Under the pieces are notes generated by a model that searched no databases, had not been told where the DNA came from, and saw only the letters and a program-made list of their open reading frames with translations. DNA of 64,000 nucleotides from Eledone cirrhosa (lineage: Eukaryota). A program made the translations under genes and the position numbers. The stretch is from the NCBI GenBank assembly GCA_964016885.1, contig OZ024740.1, positions 194,370,001 through 194,434,000 of the forward strand, read 5' to 3'. Below, one piece after another: positions 1 through 12,900 of this stretch. How positions within the stretch are numbered: the first letter of the stretch is position 1; each line of letters starts with the position of its first letter.

Positions 1-1178
1 GGCTTGTAAATTGCACAAAACTTCGGCTTAAATTGCACAAAACTTTCCTGTATTACAGCCCCACATTATACCCTAACGGATAGTACGATCTATACGTGGA
101 TTTTTTTACGTCTTGATGTAGTAGCCAAGTATATGTTTTGTTTATACCATTACTTATTTGCATAGGTAAGTATATATTACCTGTATGTTTTGTGAAGGTA
201 CGTATACTTCCTCATACGTATATTTGATTGATTATGTTGTGGCGTATACATTTTTTATATTTTCTGGTACATATGGTTTGGTTATGTGTATACGGGAGTT
301 TTGCGTCTGTGTGTGTATGCAGGTTCGTACGTATGTAGGGTGTGTGTATATGTGTACTTCATGTTTTGGCTGTCTTACGTCTTCGAACATTTGTGTATTT
401 ACATGTAGGTATGTGGGTGCGCTTGTTATATACATATTTATTTATTTATATACGTTTATTTAATTATTTATTTGTATACACGCGCACACACACACACTCA
501 TATTTATATGTGCGTGGTTTTGTATACCTATGGCAAGTGTTTTGCGTATGCTTGTGTATGTATGTATTTGAATGTGTGTATGCATTTATTTAATTTCCAT
601 TACCCTTGTATTGTATTTATTTACTTTTTTCTTAACTCTGAAGCGGAGATTCATTCGGTTTCCTAGTTAGAATTTAGTATACGACTTCAGCTATACCGTT
701 TACGTGGTTTTGTCTTTGCGTGCAATTGTTCTCTACGCCCACATATGACGTTTATCTTCGTTTTTTCCGTTCATTGCCAGAGAACGTCTCTATGAAGCAC
801 CTAAGAGAACATTAGTCTACGAATTCTTTTATACCATAAACGTGGTTCGGTCTTTGCGCGTAATTGTTTTTCACCGCTCCTATTAATGACGTATTATATT
901 CGTTTTTTCCCGTTCTTTGCAAGGGAACGTTTCCACGAACCAAAGTACCGTCTTCCTGACTTCCTCCGGTTGCAACGTTTTTTGAAATATCCACTTCTGC
1001 GTTTACAGATTGACTTTGTTAGTTTCAGAAGATCCCGTTAAGGGTAAAAGCAGATATTCTTTGCTTAAACTTTAATCTGTTATTTTAATAAATATTTGCT
1101 CTACGGTTCTTATATATTTTATATATATTTATCCTTATCGAGCCCTCTTTGGATTTTAGTCTTAAAATTTATTATTAT

Positions 1179-1182
<4 letters not shown>
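1..1182 (+). mobile_element. Penelope-like element family A, long 3' UTR and terminus (runs off the window start)
   Basis: Reverse-complement homology to 43165-44380, which lies 3' of a GIY-YIG ORF, and to 16838-17485. Ends in (TA)n at 1182. Confidence 0.8.
1005..1080 (+). ncRNA. Type I hammerhead ribozyme motif (family A), degenerate in this copy
   Basis: agttt-CAGAAGA-tccc/ggg-t-(G>A)AAA-gcag..ttgc-UU-aaact. GAAA is intact in the copy at 16939-17014. Confidence 0.5.
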
Positions 1183-1546
<364 letters not shown>

Positions 1547-1560
1547 TATATATATATATT

Positions 1561-1589
<29 letters not shown>

Positions 1590-1593
<4 letters not shown>

Positions 1594-3080
1594 TGTTATA
1601 CTTGGGGAGGGTCATATTTGCGTAATATTGCCAGAATTAATAACAGAACACACTCACTGTTTGGTTGGTTTTCGCTTCTCGCTGTCTTTTATATCTGCGA
1701 TCTAACTTACTCGGTCCTCAATGTTGCCATTGACTGACCGACGGTCAAAAATAAAACAGATACAATATAGACACAAACACATATATATAGTTTACATAAT
1801 TTACATAAATCTTTCGTTGCACATCTGCAACATCGTCAGTGGTGTTATATTCTTTGTTCCTCCTGTTGTGTTGTATGTCTACGCCATTTTTTATTCAGTC
1901 TGTCTATATATTTATTTATTTATTTGCTTGTTTGTTTATTTTATTTTATTTTGTCTTCTTTGCGCATGCGTTTGCGTGTGTGTATAGTGTTATGTGTGCT
2001 GTGTGACTAGTGTGTATAGTGTTGTGTCTGCTGGGTGACTAGTGTGTGTGTATGTGCTTGTTGTTATTGTACTTGTGTATGTATTTATTTATCTTCTTTT
2101 ATTTTATTTTATTTACTTATTTATACTTCTCTTTGGTCAGTGTTGTTTGTTTCGGTGTTGTTGTCATTCTTTCTGTTTAGCTTTGGTCTTCTAATTTCTA
2201 TTTCACTGGCCTCTCTGATTTGCCTATCTGCTGGGTCATTCCTATGTTTAGATATTATTCTAATTTCTATGTTGTCTATGTTACCGTCATGTTGTTGTCT
2301 AGCATGTTCGTATAGTACTGACCCGTTTTGTCGTCCTTTTAGTTCCCCCCAGTGTTGGTCTATCCTTTCACCTATGCTACGAGCTGTCTCACCTATGTAT
2401 GTTGTTGTCATGTTTCTGCAAGTACCCTCTGTACATCTTATGCTATAGACTACGTTTCTAGTTTTACAGTTTATCCGGGGGTTCACCTTACATATGATAT
2501 ATTTCCTATTGGGACAGTGGGTTTTCTTAAAAGGGTAGGTTTTGCTGATCAGGGATTTTATGGTGGTTCCTGTCTTTTCTACCATCTTTATTTTTAAGTG
2601 GGTTTTTCTCAAGGCCTTTCTACACTGGTTAGCTAATTTCCCTCCAGGGGTGGCGTCCACAAACATGACACTCTGATATCTCTGGTTGTCGTACCATGAT
2701 GTGGCCTTCCCTATCTTATGTCTAGCCCTATCTAAGCTATTCCATGATTTGCTCCTGTATATTGGGCAAATTCCTTTCATGTCCAGTTCTATGAGGGTCT
2801 TATACTTTTCCATGGCTCCTTCGTATACTCTGACTCTGTCTCTTTGGTTGTAGCCAGAGAACTGCATGCGGTTGATGAAGTGTTGGATGTGTCTTTCCAT
2901 TTCTGTTGGGTCGCACATGCTGGACACATTCTTCATCACTCGTACCAAATCTGCATGTGTAACCAAACAGTGAGTGTGTTCTGTTATTAATTCTGGCAAT
3001 ATTACGCAAATATGACCCTCCCCAAGTATAACAATATCTGTTTCGACACACGATTTCATATAAAAAACCTCGCTAAACTA
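1590..3080 (-). mobile_element. 5'-truncated PLE with an inverted copy of its own 3' end (2959-3080) carrying an extra tail
   Basis: 1590-1665 is the reverse complement of 2959-3037. GIY-YIG ORF on the minus strand, hammerhead core at about 1808-1842 (minus), (TA)n on both sides. Confidence 0.9.
2121..2958 (-). pseudogene. PLE ORF C-terminus: RT thumb, linker and GIY-YIG endonuclease
   Basis: RINCKTRNVVYSIRC...YIGETARSIGERIDQH...RQIREASEI...PKLN. The first 34 or so residues of the listed ORF are read from the inverted terminal arm and are not real coding sequence. Confidence 0.9.
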
Positions 3081-3087
3081 ATATATT

Positions 3088-3166
<79 letters not shown>

Positions 3167-3216
3167 GTATATATATACATATATATATATATGTGTGTGT
3201 GTGTGTAATTATCTGA

Positions 3217-3322
3217 TATAGAAATGGCTTCTACAGGACTAGAACTGTTTCGTGTGAATGAAACAGTTCTAGTGCTGTAGAAGCCATTTCTATAAAACCC
3301 CCGATTTCACTCGGTCTCTACA
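3217..3322. repeat. Mini fold-back (35 bp arms, 8 nt loop) plus 28 nt tail, PLE-terminus type
   Basis: tatagaaatggcttctacaggactagaactgtttc pairs with gaaacagttctagtgctgtagaagccatttctata; followed by a tail and (TA)n. Confidence 0.75.
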
Positions 3323-5080
3323 TTATATATATATATATATATAATATCCGTGTGTGTTAGTGTGTATTTCTATGTATGTATATTATATTATATATATATA
3401 TGAACATACGCAGGAATCTATGTCAGTTAACCAGACTAAAAAGGAAGATTGATAACAATTGCACAATGATTTTGAAAGAGAGACGAAATGAGAACAAACT
3501 TCTTATTTTATTTTCCCCTAGTTTCTTTCTTACCTTTGCCATCAGCTAATCAAAACCTAGAACAGTAACTTTCATTCGATGATCTCGTTCTGCCTCATCA
3601 AATTATATTTTTCTCTTCATAAATCTCTCACTTTTACTATCAAAACGTTTTACATATTTTTGCAAGGAAATTATTATTATTGATTCTTCATTTGGTCTTA
3701 TGCTGTTCAATCATATAAAATTTCTAACCATTTTCTTAGCTTTTCTTACTGTATTTTGTTTAGTTTTTTGTTGTTTTTTTCAAATGGTTGTAATTTTTTC
3801 TTACCTTTCTTTTTCAAATTTTACTTCTTATTTAAAGAAATGGCTTTTTTTTAATTTCCATTTATATTTTATTCGCTCACTTATTTCGTGTTTCGTATGC
3901 GGAACATGTTTTAAAACATAATTGCTAAAAGTAACCAAACTTCACTTTTTTTATTATATAGCATTTTATATACTTTTACATAACATATTCGTGAGAATCT
4001 AACATGTTTTGTTATATTTATATTTCCTATTTACTTCTTTGTTCTATTTTCACAAGATATGTGGAATTCTTTTAGAAAACCTATGGAAAATGCGTTATTT
4101 GCTTGTTTCTGCTCGCTAGCTTTATAGAGACAAACGATTAGAGACCTTAAGTGTTTACCGAAACAAATATTGAAATGTTGTACGAAGTAGTATTTTCAAA
4201 TATGCTACTGATGTTTTATTGTTTATGGCAAAGACACACTATCCTGCAATTTTTCCAGAGAATCCTGGTATAAATTCGTTCATATTCTACTCATGGATAT
4301 TTTCGTTGTATACTGGAAGAAGGCTAACTTCTGCTTCTTTGAGTAATCAAATGCTACTCCTTTAATTGTCAGGATGAAGAAGAAAGAGAGGTATCTATAA
4401 ACAAAACATACATAATGATCACACAATCTTATTCAGCTTTCTCTTCGAATCTGATATTTTGTCCTACATAGAATATAAATGAGGTGATACCGTCGGGCCG
4501 CATATAGAGTAGGTCAAATAAATATGTTTGTTTTCAATTTCTTGTGGAAAAAATTCACTTCTTAAAAATACTTATTATCCAAGGTAAAGACGCGAAAGTC
4601 ACAAACGATATATCTCTTCCAACTAGTTGAAAATAACAATATTAAATAGTGTAGGATGGTTTTGCATGAGACTACGTCGGGTGCAAGCATATTCGTTTGT
4701 TTAAGATATTCATATTTCGCAAGCACGTGGTATCGGCTTAGATCAAATTTCATAGCATCTCACTATATATATATATATATATACGATTGAGTATATATAT
4801 ATATGCGTGTAAGTGAATATATATAAATCAATACTCCAAAAAGCGAAGTATATTATACTTTTTATTAGCAGCTTGACCCAGCGTTACCCAAGTGCTAAAT
4901 ATGCCCCGTCACTTTATAATAATAGCTACCAGATTTGAAACTAATTAAGTACTGGAGTCGACATAATCGACTAGATCACTTTAAGTTGCTCCAGCGTGAC
5001 AGCCATCTAATTACTGTAAAAGAGTAAGAAGTAGTTCCATGTTGATTCTAAGAGAATCTGCTCACAGGTAGCATTTATTT

Positions 5081-6310
5081 GAATTAGAGTCCAAGCTCTG
5101 CAGTCGTCTTTTGCAACCAAATTGTAGCCAGTTCCAAGTAACAGTTATTTCTAGTTCATATGCAGTTTTAATATTTATTCGAACAGTATAAACGTCAAGG
5201 TTCTTAGGAAATGTAGTCTGCGTATTTAAGAGGTGAATCCAAAAAGATAGCAACACCTGTGATCTTTCTTAATTGAAATATATAACTATGTAACCTTTGA
5301 CGTTAGGGACTGGATGAATTGCAAAGTAGGGATAGAACGAATGCAGTTTGGAACGATAAACAGAAAGTTATGAGAGACTTTTGCTCTGCTACCATGATGA
5401 TAGTTGTGAACAAATGTATTTCAAATTGAAACAGAATTATATCTATAAACTAGTCACTAAATTTACATGTAATATGTATGTGTGCATTTTTCATGAGTGG
5501 GATCAACAAACGTTGTGCCTGAAACAGAATTACATCCTATTCCAAAAACGACTTGCCTTTTGTCACTTTCTGTTTCTGAATGATCGACAAGATTCCAGTT
5601 CTCATTAGTTTACCGAGTGGGGTGGAACTCGTCAAATTGGACCAATTTTCTATTGGTATTTCCATTGATGATACTATCATAGCAAAAAGAACGTGAAATA
5701 AAGTGTCTTGCTCAAGGACGTAACGTATGGCCAGGTCCAGGAACTGACCTCGCAACCTCACAATTGCGAAGCCAATTCTCTAACCACGTGCCTTCGTCAC
5801 TTACTTAATTGAAAAAGCATTGGAGTCGTCAATATAATCAACTAAAACCTTGATTCCCCTTTAAAGCATAGTGGTCCCCTTCCAAAAGGAAGGCGTTGAA
5901 ATAACTTTTGAGAAACAATGATCTAGATACACTAAATACACATAACTGTAAACTGTGCATAGCAGGAAATCCAATGTTTGATTGGCAAGTATTTTGTCAG
6001 TACATGCGATACAGGATTGCAATCAAATGTACATTATGGGAGACCAGTGAATTAGATGCCGGAACCTGTAGCCGTCTTTTGCATCCGAATTGTAGCCTGT
6101 TCCAAATGGCAGCAGGTTCTATTTCACGTATTTTTATGTGCCTCTGAATTGCATAACCGTTACGGTTCACATGTAATTTCTCATAGGAAACTTAGTCTCT
6201 ACTTTTAACAGGTGAAAGCAAAAGGAAAGCAAATCTTATGATCTGTCTTAATTGAAATATATAACACTATAGCATGTTACGTCAGGGACTAGATGCTTTA
6301 CAAAAGCAGA
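5081..6310. repeat. Diverged direct duplication (about 250 bp; copies at about 5081-5330 and 6049-6310)
   Basis: Shared blocks gtcttttgca.cc.aattgtagcc.gttccaa and gatct.tcttaattgaaatatataac...acgt.agggact.gatg. Confidence 0.7.
5690..5790 (-). mobile_element. tRNA-derived SINE (CORE-like family), partial
   Basis: Minus strand reads gtggttagagaattgg...gtccttgagcaagacactttatttcacgtt; homologous to 16167-16385, 18108-18318 and 63318-63494. Confidence 0.65.
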
Positions 6311-6899
6311 GATAGAAGGAATAAAAATAAATAGGTTTGCGAAATAGTCAAACACACACGCATACGCACAGCCACACACATATACATAAATGCATACATA
6401 AACACATATATGTATGTAATAGTGATTGTTACGGATGGAGTTCCATGAGAGAAAATCAATTCTTGAGCAGCTTCATGTCAAATGCTTAAAAGAAAAGAAC
6501 GTTACGGTAGGAATAGTGAGTGGATTTATGTACAAGTAATATGGAACTAAAAAGATAGAAGATTAGAGAAGGTCGAGGTAGTAGAGGAGTAAAGATAGGA
6601 AACGGCAAATAAAGGTTGTAATCCATGTTATACCTCAGTGTGTATAGAACATTGTTGAACATAACCGCAGTCTAGCTGGATTTTCTTCAAATCAACATAG
6701 AACGTATATGTGTACGGTCAGATCAAATTTCTAATTTCTGCCTGCTAATGGTACAATGTAACCGAGACGAAAGTTGTACTTCATGGTCGAGTAGTCGGTA
6801 ACTAAACCGGCTCCCCTATCAGACACTTGTCTGATGAGGTGGGTAAGTGGAACTTCAGCAGTACATAAAACAAGAGCTGGTAAAAGGGCAGATGAAATC

Positions 6900-7072
6900 C
6901 TCAGTCAACAGCTATCTAACCCAACACACAACTATGGGTTAAATAGCCCCACCACCCCGCAATTGGTCGAGCGTGGGGAGAACGCCTACACCACAAACAG
7001 AAAACGGTGGAAGTCAACCAGGAAATAGTTCCTCTAACATGAGTGAGAAAGCCCTGGATTGGATTGGATTGG
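6900..7072 (+). mobile_element. RTE-clade LINE 3' end with (GATTG)n tail
   Basis: gtcaaccag...gtgagaa.gccctggattg is shared with the 3' end of the RTE remnant at 41277-41670; short tandem tail. Confidence 0.55.
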
Positions 7073-7738
7073 CTATATATATAAATACAGACACACATAT
7101 GAGTGGGTCTGTGTGTGTATGTCTGCGTATGTGTGTGTGTCTGTGTTCTCCCATTTAAAAGAACAACCAGAAATGTAAGTAAATTTAATGAACATCCTTT
7201 TTTACCTCTGTATTTCTTTACAATTCTGTTTTTTATTTTTCCCAAACTGGTTGCGATCTAAATTATGGCTGTATTTCCGCGATATATTTTGAATTTTTGC
7301 CGCTATTAGGCACAGTCGACGAAGAGAGCCCTGGTGTTCTCTCACAAGTGAAGTCACTAGATGCTGTAGATAAAATATTCTAGCAATAATCCTTTTATGC
7401 TCAGTGTGAACGAATAACTTCAGGCTTTCTCTATAATTATATGGACCACTAACGAAGTTACTACATGATTCTGATAGCATTGCGCCAAACTGCAAATTGC
7501 ACATATCAAATATTACTGCATTAACAGAAAGCCAGGCAGTCGAGGCAGACACGTGAAACAGCCACATTACGAATATAAACCTGGTTAGCAATCTGGGCTG
7601 GGTTTGCTCGATACACTTTCAAACCATATCTCATTGAGGGAGTAATTGTGAGCAAACGGGATTATAGCAAATATTTCCTATAACCTCGTCAACACACACA
7701 TATATATATACATGTATATAGTAATAGTAATATATGTA

Positions 7739-7795
<57 letters not shown>

Positions 7796-7865
7796 ATTTA
7801 GATTTGGTGGTTCACCACTGGTTAGAACTGGTCATTCCGTATAGTTAACCGTGATGTTGACTATA

Positions 7866-7895
<30 letters not shown>

Positions 7896-7903
<8 letters not shown>

Positions 7904-8337
7904 ATATCAACAAATGGAAACTATATTTATAAAACCATATTTATTTCATTATACATATTTCAAGGGCCACCAAGGCAGATTATGGTGCGCTTTCATCAGA
8001 TAAAATATAATATAGATTAGTTTTATAAATAAATATTGATATACCCTGAAAAAATGCAACCTTCACGGTTGGAGTCTCCTGAAGGTTGCACTTTTTCAGG
8101 GTATGTCAATATTTATTTATAAAACTAATCTATATTATATTTTATCTGATGAAAGCGCACCATAATCTGCCTTGGTGGCTCTTGAAATATGTATAATGAA
8201 ATAAATATGGTTTTATAAATATAGTTTCCATTTGTTAATATATTGTATATTTACTCCAATAATTTGTTGAGTGCTTTATATCAGTTATAAAAATGTTTGC
8301 TTGTTGTATCCCAACAAATTAAATATAACCTCTACAT
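7896..8337. mobile_element. PLE family B fold-back insertion: about 170 bp inverted arms plus about 88 nt tail
   Basis: 7896-8065 is the reverse complement of 8081-8249. Homologous to the 3' end of the long PLE at 57797-61430; flanked by (TA)n. Confidence 0.9.
8138..8202 (+). ncRNA. Type I hammerhead ribozyme (family B)
   Basis: tattttat-CUGAUGA-aagcgcacca..tggtggctctt-GAAAUAUGUAUA-atgaaata. Homologues at about 23894-23958 (+), 45250-45304 (+) and 57838-57905 (-). Confidence 0.7.
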
Positions 8338-8369
8338 ATATATATATATGATACTCCTGCGCTAAGAAC

Positions 8370-8867
8370 ATGAAGGCCCACATCACCAGCAGCCCTAGGA
8401 GCAACACCCCACCAGGGTACTCTTGCTCTAAGCCTGAAGCTTGTCCCCTTCAACAGCAATGCAACACACCAGCTGTAATCTATGAAGTTGTGGTCACTTC
8501 CAACCGACCAAACGAACCACAGGAGGTCAAATCCTATGTGGGCATGGCGGAGGGCCGATTCAAGGAGCGTTTCCTGAACCACCAGTCTACCTTCAGATAC
8601 CTGGACAGACGTTCATCCACGAAACTCGCGAGCCACGTATGGTCCCTCAAGGACTCAAGTATAGGTTACTCCATTCAATGGAAAGCCATCACTAAGTCCA
8701 AGCCATACGCAAAGGGAAATCCGACGTGTGGCTTATGTATTGACGAACGAATAACTATCCTAAAGAGATTACGCAATAGTCATTGCCTAAACACGAGAAG
8801 TGAATTTTTTACACGTTGTCCACACGTCACCAAACATATATTGCATAACTACAAGGCTCCGGACTAA
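8370..8867 (+). pseudogene. PLE GIY-YIG endonuclease domain (5'-truncated ORF)
   Basis: CSKPEACPLQQQC...VIYEVVV...YVGMAEGRFKERFLNHQSTF...CGLCIDE...LNTRSE..CPH. Confidence 0.9.
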
Positions 8868-9052
8868 TTCTTTGTAATCTTATTTTTAATTTTATTTTAA
8901 TTTTATTTTCAACTTAAAAACTTTCCAGACTTTCGCAGTTATCTCCCTTACACCTCTCGGACGTAGTCTAGTATTGCCTGTGTGAAGTGACCGAGTTTCT
9001 GTGTATGCGCGTTCGTACGGTTGTCCTTCCTGTTCCTATAACCATACACATC

Positions 9053-9092
9053 CCGAGCTGAAGATCCGCTAAGGTGAAACAATTGTTCTCGG
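9053..9092 (+). ncRNA. Minimal type I hammerhead ribozyme
   Basis: ccgag-CUGAAGA-tcc(gctaa)ggt-GAAA-caattg-UU-ctcgg. Confidence 0.8.
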
Positions 9093-9132
9093 TATGGTGA
9101 ACTAACTGTTGTGTAACCACTTCTATATATAT

Positions 9133-9164
<32 letters not shown>

Positions 9165-9191
9165 AATGTAATCTGAGTTTTTCGAATATTA

Positions 9192-9382
9192 ATAATTGTT
9201 TCTACTTTAGGCACAAGGCCAGCAATTACCCAGTGCATTACTGGTACTTTATTTTATCGACCCCGTAAGGATGAAAGGCAAAGTCAACCTCGGCGGGATT
9301 TGAACTCAGATCGTAAAGGGACGTAACTATGCTGGAAAGCATGGCGTCCGACCCTCTACCGACACTGCCAATCCACCGCCCT
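9192..9382 (-). mobile_element. tRNA-derived SINE with Deu/Nin-like central domain
   Basis: B-box-like gagttcaaatccc and central tttgcctttcatccttacggggtcgataaaataaagtaccag. Flanking duplication ttttcgaatattaataat; an empty site is seen at about 14577. Confidence 0.85.
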
Positions 9383-9519
9383 TTTCGAATATTAATAATA
9401 ACATGTGATTCGTTTGCAATTTTGCAAACAACCCTCAATTTTATAGCCATGTTACTGCGTATTTTTGAAAATAGCATATATTTTCACTAGCCCTGAGAGT
9501 TTGGCAGGTGAACAGTGAG

Positions 9520-9563
9520 CTGTACTGATGAAGGGTAATACCCAGAAACATTAGTGTCTGCAG
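9520..9563 (+). ncRNA. Type I hammerhead ribozyme
   Basis: ctgta-CUGAUGA-aggg(taata)ccca-GAAA-cattagtg-UC-tgcag. Homologue on the minus strand at about 14670-14711. Confidence 0.7.
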
Positions 9564-9869
9564 TTCTATTCGCATGCCAACACAAGAGCAAGAATGAAGT
9601 GTTCATTCTACTGACATGGCTATAAAATTGAGGCTTCTTTGCAAAATTGCAAACGAATCGAATGTTATTATTAATATTCGCCGAGGTTAACTTTGTCTTT
9701 CATCCTTACGGGGTCGATAAAAGAAAGTACCAGTAATGTACTGGGTAATTGCTCGCCTTGTGCCAAAAGTAGAAACAATTATTAATATTCGAAAAACTCA
9801 GATTACGTTTATATATCAGTTATAAAAATATTTTTATTTGTTGTATCCCAACAAATTAAATATAACCTC

Positions 9870-9912
<43 letters not shown>

Positions 9913-9915
<3 letters not shown>

Positions 9916-12900
9916 AACGAGTAGGACCCCGACGGCTGAGCTCAAGCCGTTTCGACGGCTAATTCTGGACTAAATGAACATTTGTATCCTGGTATATGAA
10001 TAGCCGAGCTTCTCAGGGGGTAATTCCATATATGGTAAAATTGATTGTCACAAGGATTGGTCAAAATTTGTTGTTGAGACACATAATTCTATCATGGCAA
10101 TTTGTGGAAGGAAGGGGTAGCTGAACCTGCCAGTAGAAGAAAGAGGGAGAGGGGGTGGAGGAAACCCAGTCGTGCGTTGATAGTGCCAACTACAGCAGGG
10201 CAGGAGGTCAAGGAAGTATACTAGGGAGGGGGAGGGGTAGGAATTCGAAACAATAAGTAAAACAATATGGGGTAAATATATAGAAAAATACGGAGAATGT
10301 TAAAAAAAGAATTAAATATAAAAAAACAATTTCTGGTTACTATAACCTAAGGACAGCTATCAAGTCTCTCACTGGTACTGCTAGAGTAAAGAAAGATTTA
10401 CTAGGTGGGACGGAATTATAATGAGACCCTTTTAAGAGGTACTAGTAATCAACCGAGTATATCTTACGGTGACGGGTCAACAAGTGGGGAGGCCAAAATA
10501 CTAAAGAAACTACCACGAAATAATAATTCAGAGTCCCGAGACTAATACGAAATAATGGTTTCTACCCTAGGCACAAGGCCAGCAACCACCCAGTGCCAAA
10601 AATAAACTAATACGAAATAATAATTCGGAATCCCGAAAAAGAATACTAATACTATCTCTAAGGGTGCCGCTACGATACAAAAATTCTAGTGCAAACTACA
10701 TAAATGCTCGTACGAAGTATATGAAAAATTTGATACGGAAAATTAATACAGAACACCCCCCCACCCCCCACCCCACCCCCACCCCACCTCACCCACCCCC
10801 ACCCCACCAAATAAATACTGATATACGAGAAATTAAAGCAAAGATACCACTAAGAAATGTAGAAAGCACGGAGAAGAGGCAGCCATCGGATAAGAATGCA
10901 TTATCCGGGGTCTATCACATCTGCTATAAAAAGCGGAGTCGGTCAATTCTATCATAGAATAGGCAAAGGGGGTGGGGGTACTGAGGCTACAAAGGACCGA
11001 GGGGCAGCCTCGGGTGGGCGAGAAAGTGAAAAGGACGACGACGAAGAAAGAGTACTGGGGTGGAAGGACTAGGGAGGGATGGGTGGAAGAAGGAAATATA
11101 GAGGAAGCGATAAAAAGATATAAAAGAAGATCTTACGTCTACCTTTGCAAGCAGGGGTTACCCATTACAAAGTCGGCAAGTGGGGTGTTATAGCCCTTGT
11201 CTACCCCCCGGGTCATTATGGCGTTTGAGGGCGAGGTAAGTCCTACGGAATCTGTGTTTGCATGCAGTTACCAGTTCATCTTTCTTGTTTAGGAGTTGGT
11301 CCGTCGAAAACAGCATTTGTAAAGTTTCCTCCGAGCATAAATTGCACGGACGGCGTCCTCCCGTGTAAGAGTTGGCTCTGGACAGTAAGCTCCAAGTGAG
11401 ATCATAGGTAATATTGTTATCCTTGAGGTCCCAGATGTGGCCCGAAAGTGTAGTGGCGTGACGCTGGGCCGGGTTTCGGAGGTATGTCTGTGTTGGTATA
11501 GCCTTGCTATACTTACGGCTGCCTTGGACTTCGCCGAAACACTTGCGCCCATCACCGACCAGGAAAGAAACATCATCCTCCACGCCAGCAACACAGTCCT
11601 ACTCTTCGACAACTCCAAATGGATAAAGAGAGCTCCCGACTCACCCTTCGACGTCAGCATGGGCGCGACGGATTCGGCTGAGGTCACAGATCTTATAGGA
11701 TTATTCCTACTAGCTAAACTCACCGATATGTTTCCTGCATTCGGCGCTGGATTGTACCGTGATGATGGGCTCCTTACCCTTAAAGGGTACAACCCCAGTA
11801 GTACAGACCGGGTCCGTAAACAATTAATCAGCTTCTTCCTCGACTGGGGATTTAAAATAACTCTACAAACGTCCCTGACCCGAGTAAACTTCCTGGACGT
11901 TACCCTTGACCTCGATAATGATCTGTACTACCCATACAGGAATCCCAACGACAACCTGCACTACATCCACCGCCGGTCAAACCATCCTAGCAACATCACC
12001 AATAACCTGGTTAAAAACATCTCCCTCCGCATATCTCGTTTGTCCGCTAATGAGCAGATATTCGAGGAACATGCGCCTTATTGCAACCAGGCCCTCAAGC
12101 GGAGTGGTTTCCGGGAGGAAATATCCTACTCTCCAGCTTCCATTAGCGGAACCAGCAGGCGACACCGCCGCTCACGCAATATAACATGGTTCAATCCTCC
12201 CCACAACGCCGAGGTGACAACTCCTATCGGGAAAATCTTCTTTAGGCTCATTGAAAAACACTTCCCACTACAACACCGCTACCACAATATAATTAACAAA
12301 AATACCATCAAACTCTCCTACAGCACCACACCAAACTTTGCAGAAAACATCGACTCCTCTAACAACAAAAAACTCAACCCCTATGGAAGAAATAACCTAA
12401 ATAGCAGTGGAGAGCCGACCAGGAGGTGCAACTGTCCTGATGGATCCATTTTCCCCCTCGACAACAGATGCAGAGATCGTAATGTGATCTACCAGTGCAA
12501 AGTGAGGACGGACACCTCCAACAAAGCTTATATAGGATTAACCGCATGTGACTTCAAGACCAGGCTATACCAACACAGACATACCTCCGAAACCCGGCCC
12601 AGCGTCACGCCACTACACTTTCGGGCCACATCTGGGACCTCAAGGATAACAATATTACCTATGATCTCACTTGGAGCTTACTGTCCAGAGCCAACTCTTA
12701 CACGGGAGGACGCCGTCCGTGCAATTTATGCTCGGAGGAAACTTTACCTCGCCCTCAAACCCCATAATGACCCGGGGGTAGACAAGGGCTATAACACCCC
12801 ACTTGCCGACTTTGTAATGGGTAACCCCTGCTTGCAAAGATAGACGTAAGATCTTCTTTTATATCTTTTTATCGCTTCCTCTATATTTCCTTCTTCCCCC

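Larger units (their letters stand above)
8351..9123 (+). mobile_element. 5'-truncated PLE (GIY-YIG, 3' UTR and hammerhead)
   Basis: GIY-YIG ORF, hammerhead near the 3' end, (TA)n on both sides. Confidence 0.9.
9163..9872. mobile_element. Composite fold-back PLE terminus with a SINE in both arms and a family B tail
   Basis: 9163-9455 is inverted relative to 9612-9812. Hammerhead at 9520-9563. 9813-9872 matches 8278-8337. Confidence 0.8.

Noticed and set aside
4373-4392. Possible micro-exon cag/GATGAAGAAGAAAGAGAG/gtatct
   Set aside because: Too short, weak donor and no supporting neighbouring exons.
7202-7591. 129-aa ORF with a hydrophobic N-terminus (MCNLQFG superficially resembles a Cys-loop)
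   Set aside because: TTG start, no FPFD/Cys-loop spacing, no clear splice context and no recognisable domain.
11437-11504. N-terminus of the 468-aa ORF
   Set aside because: It is read from the antisense left arm across the inversion junction.
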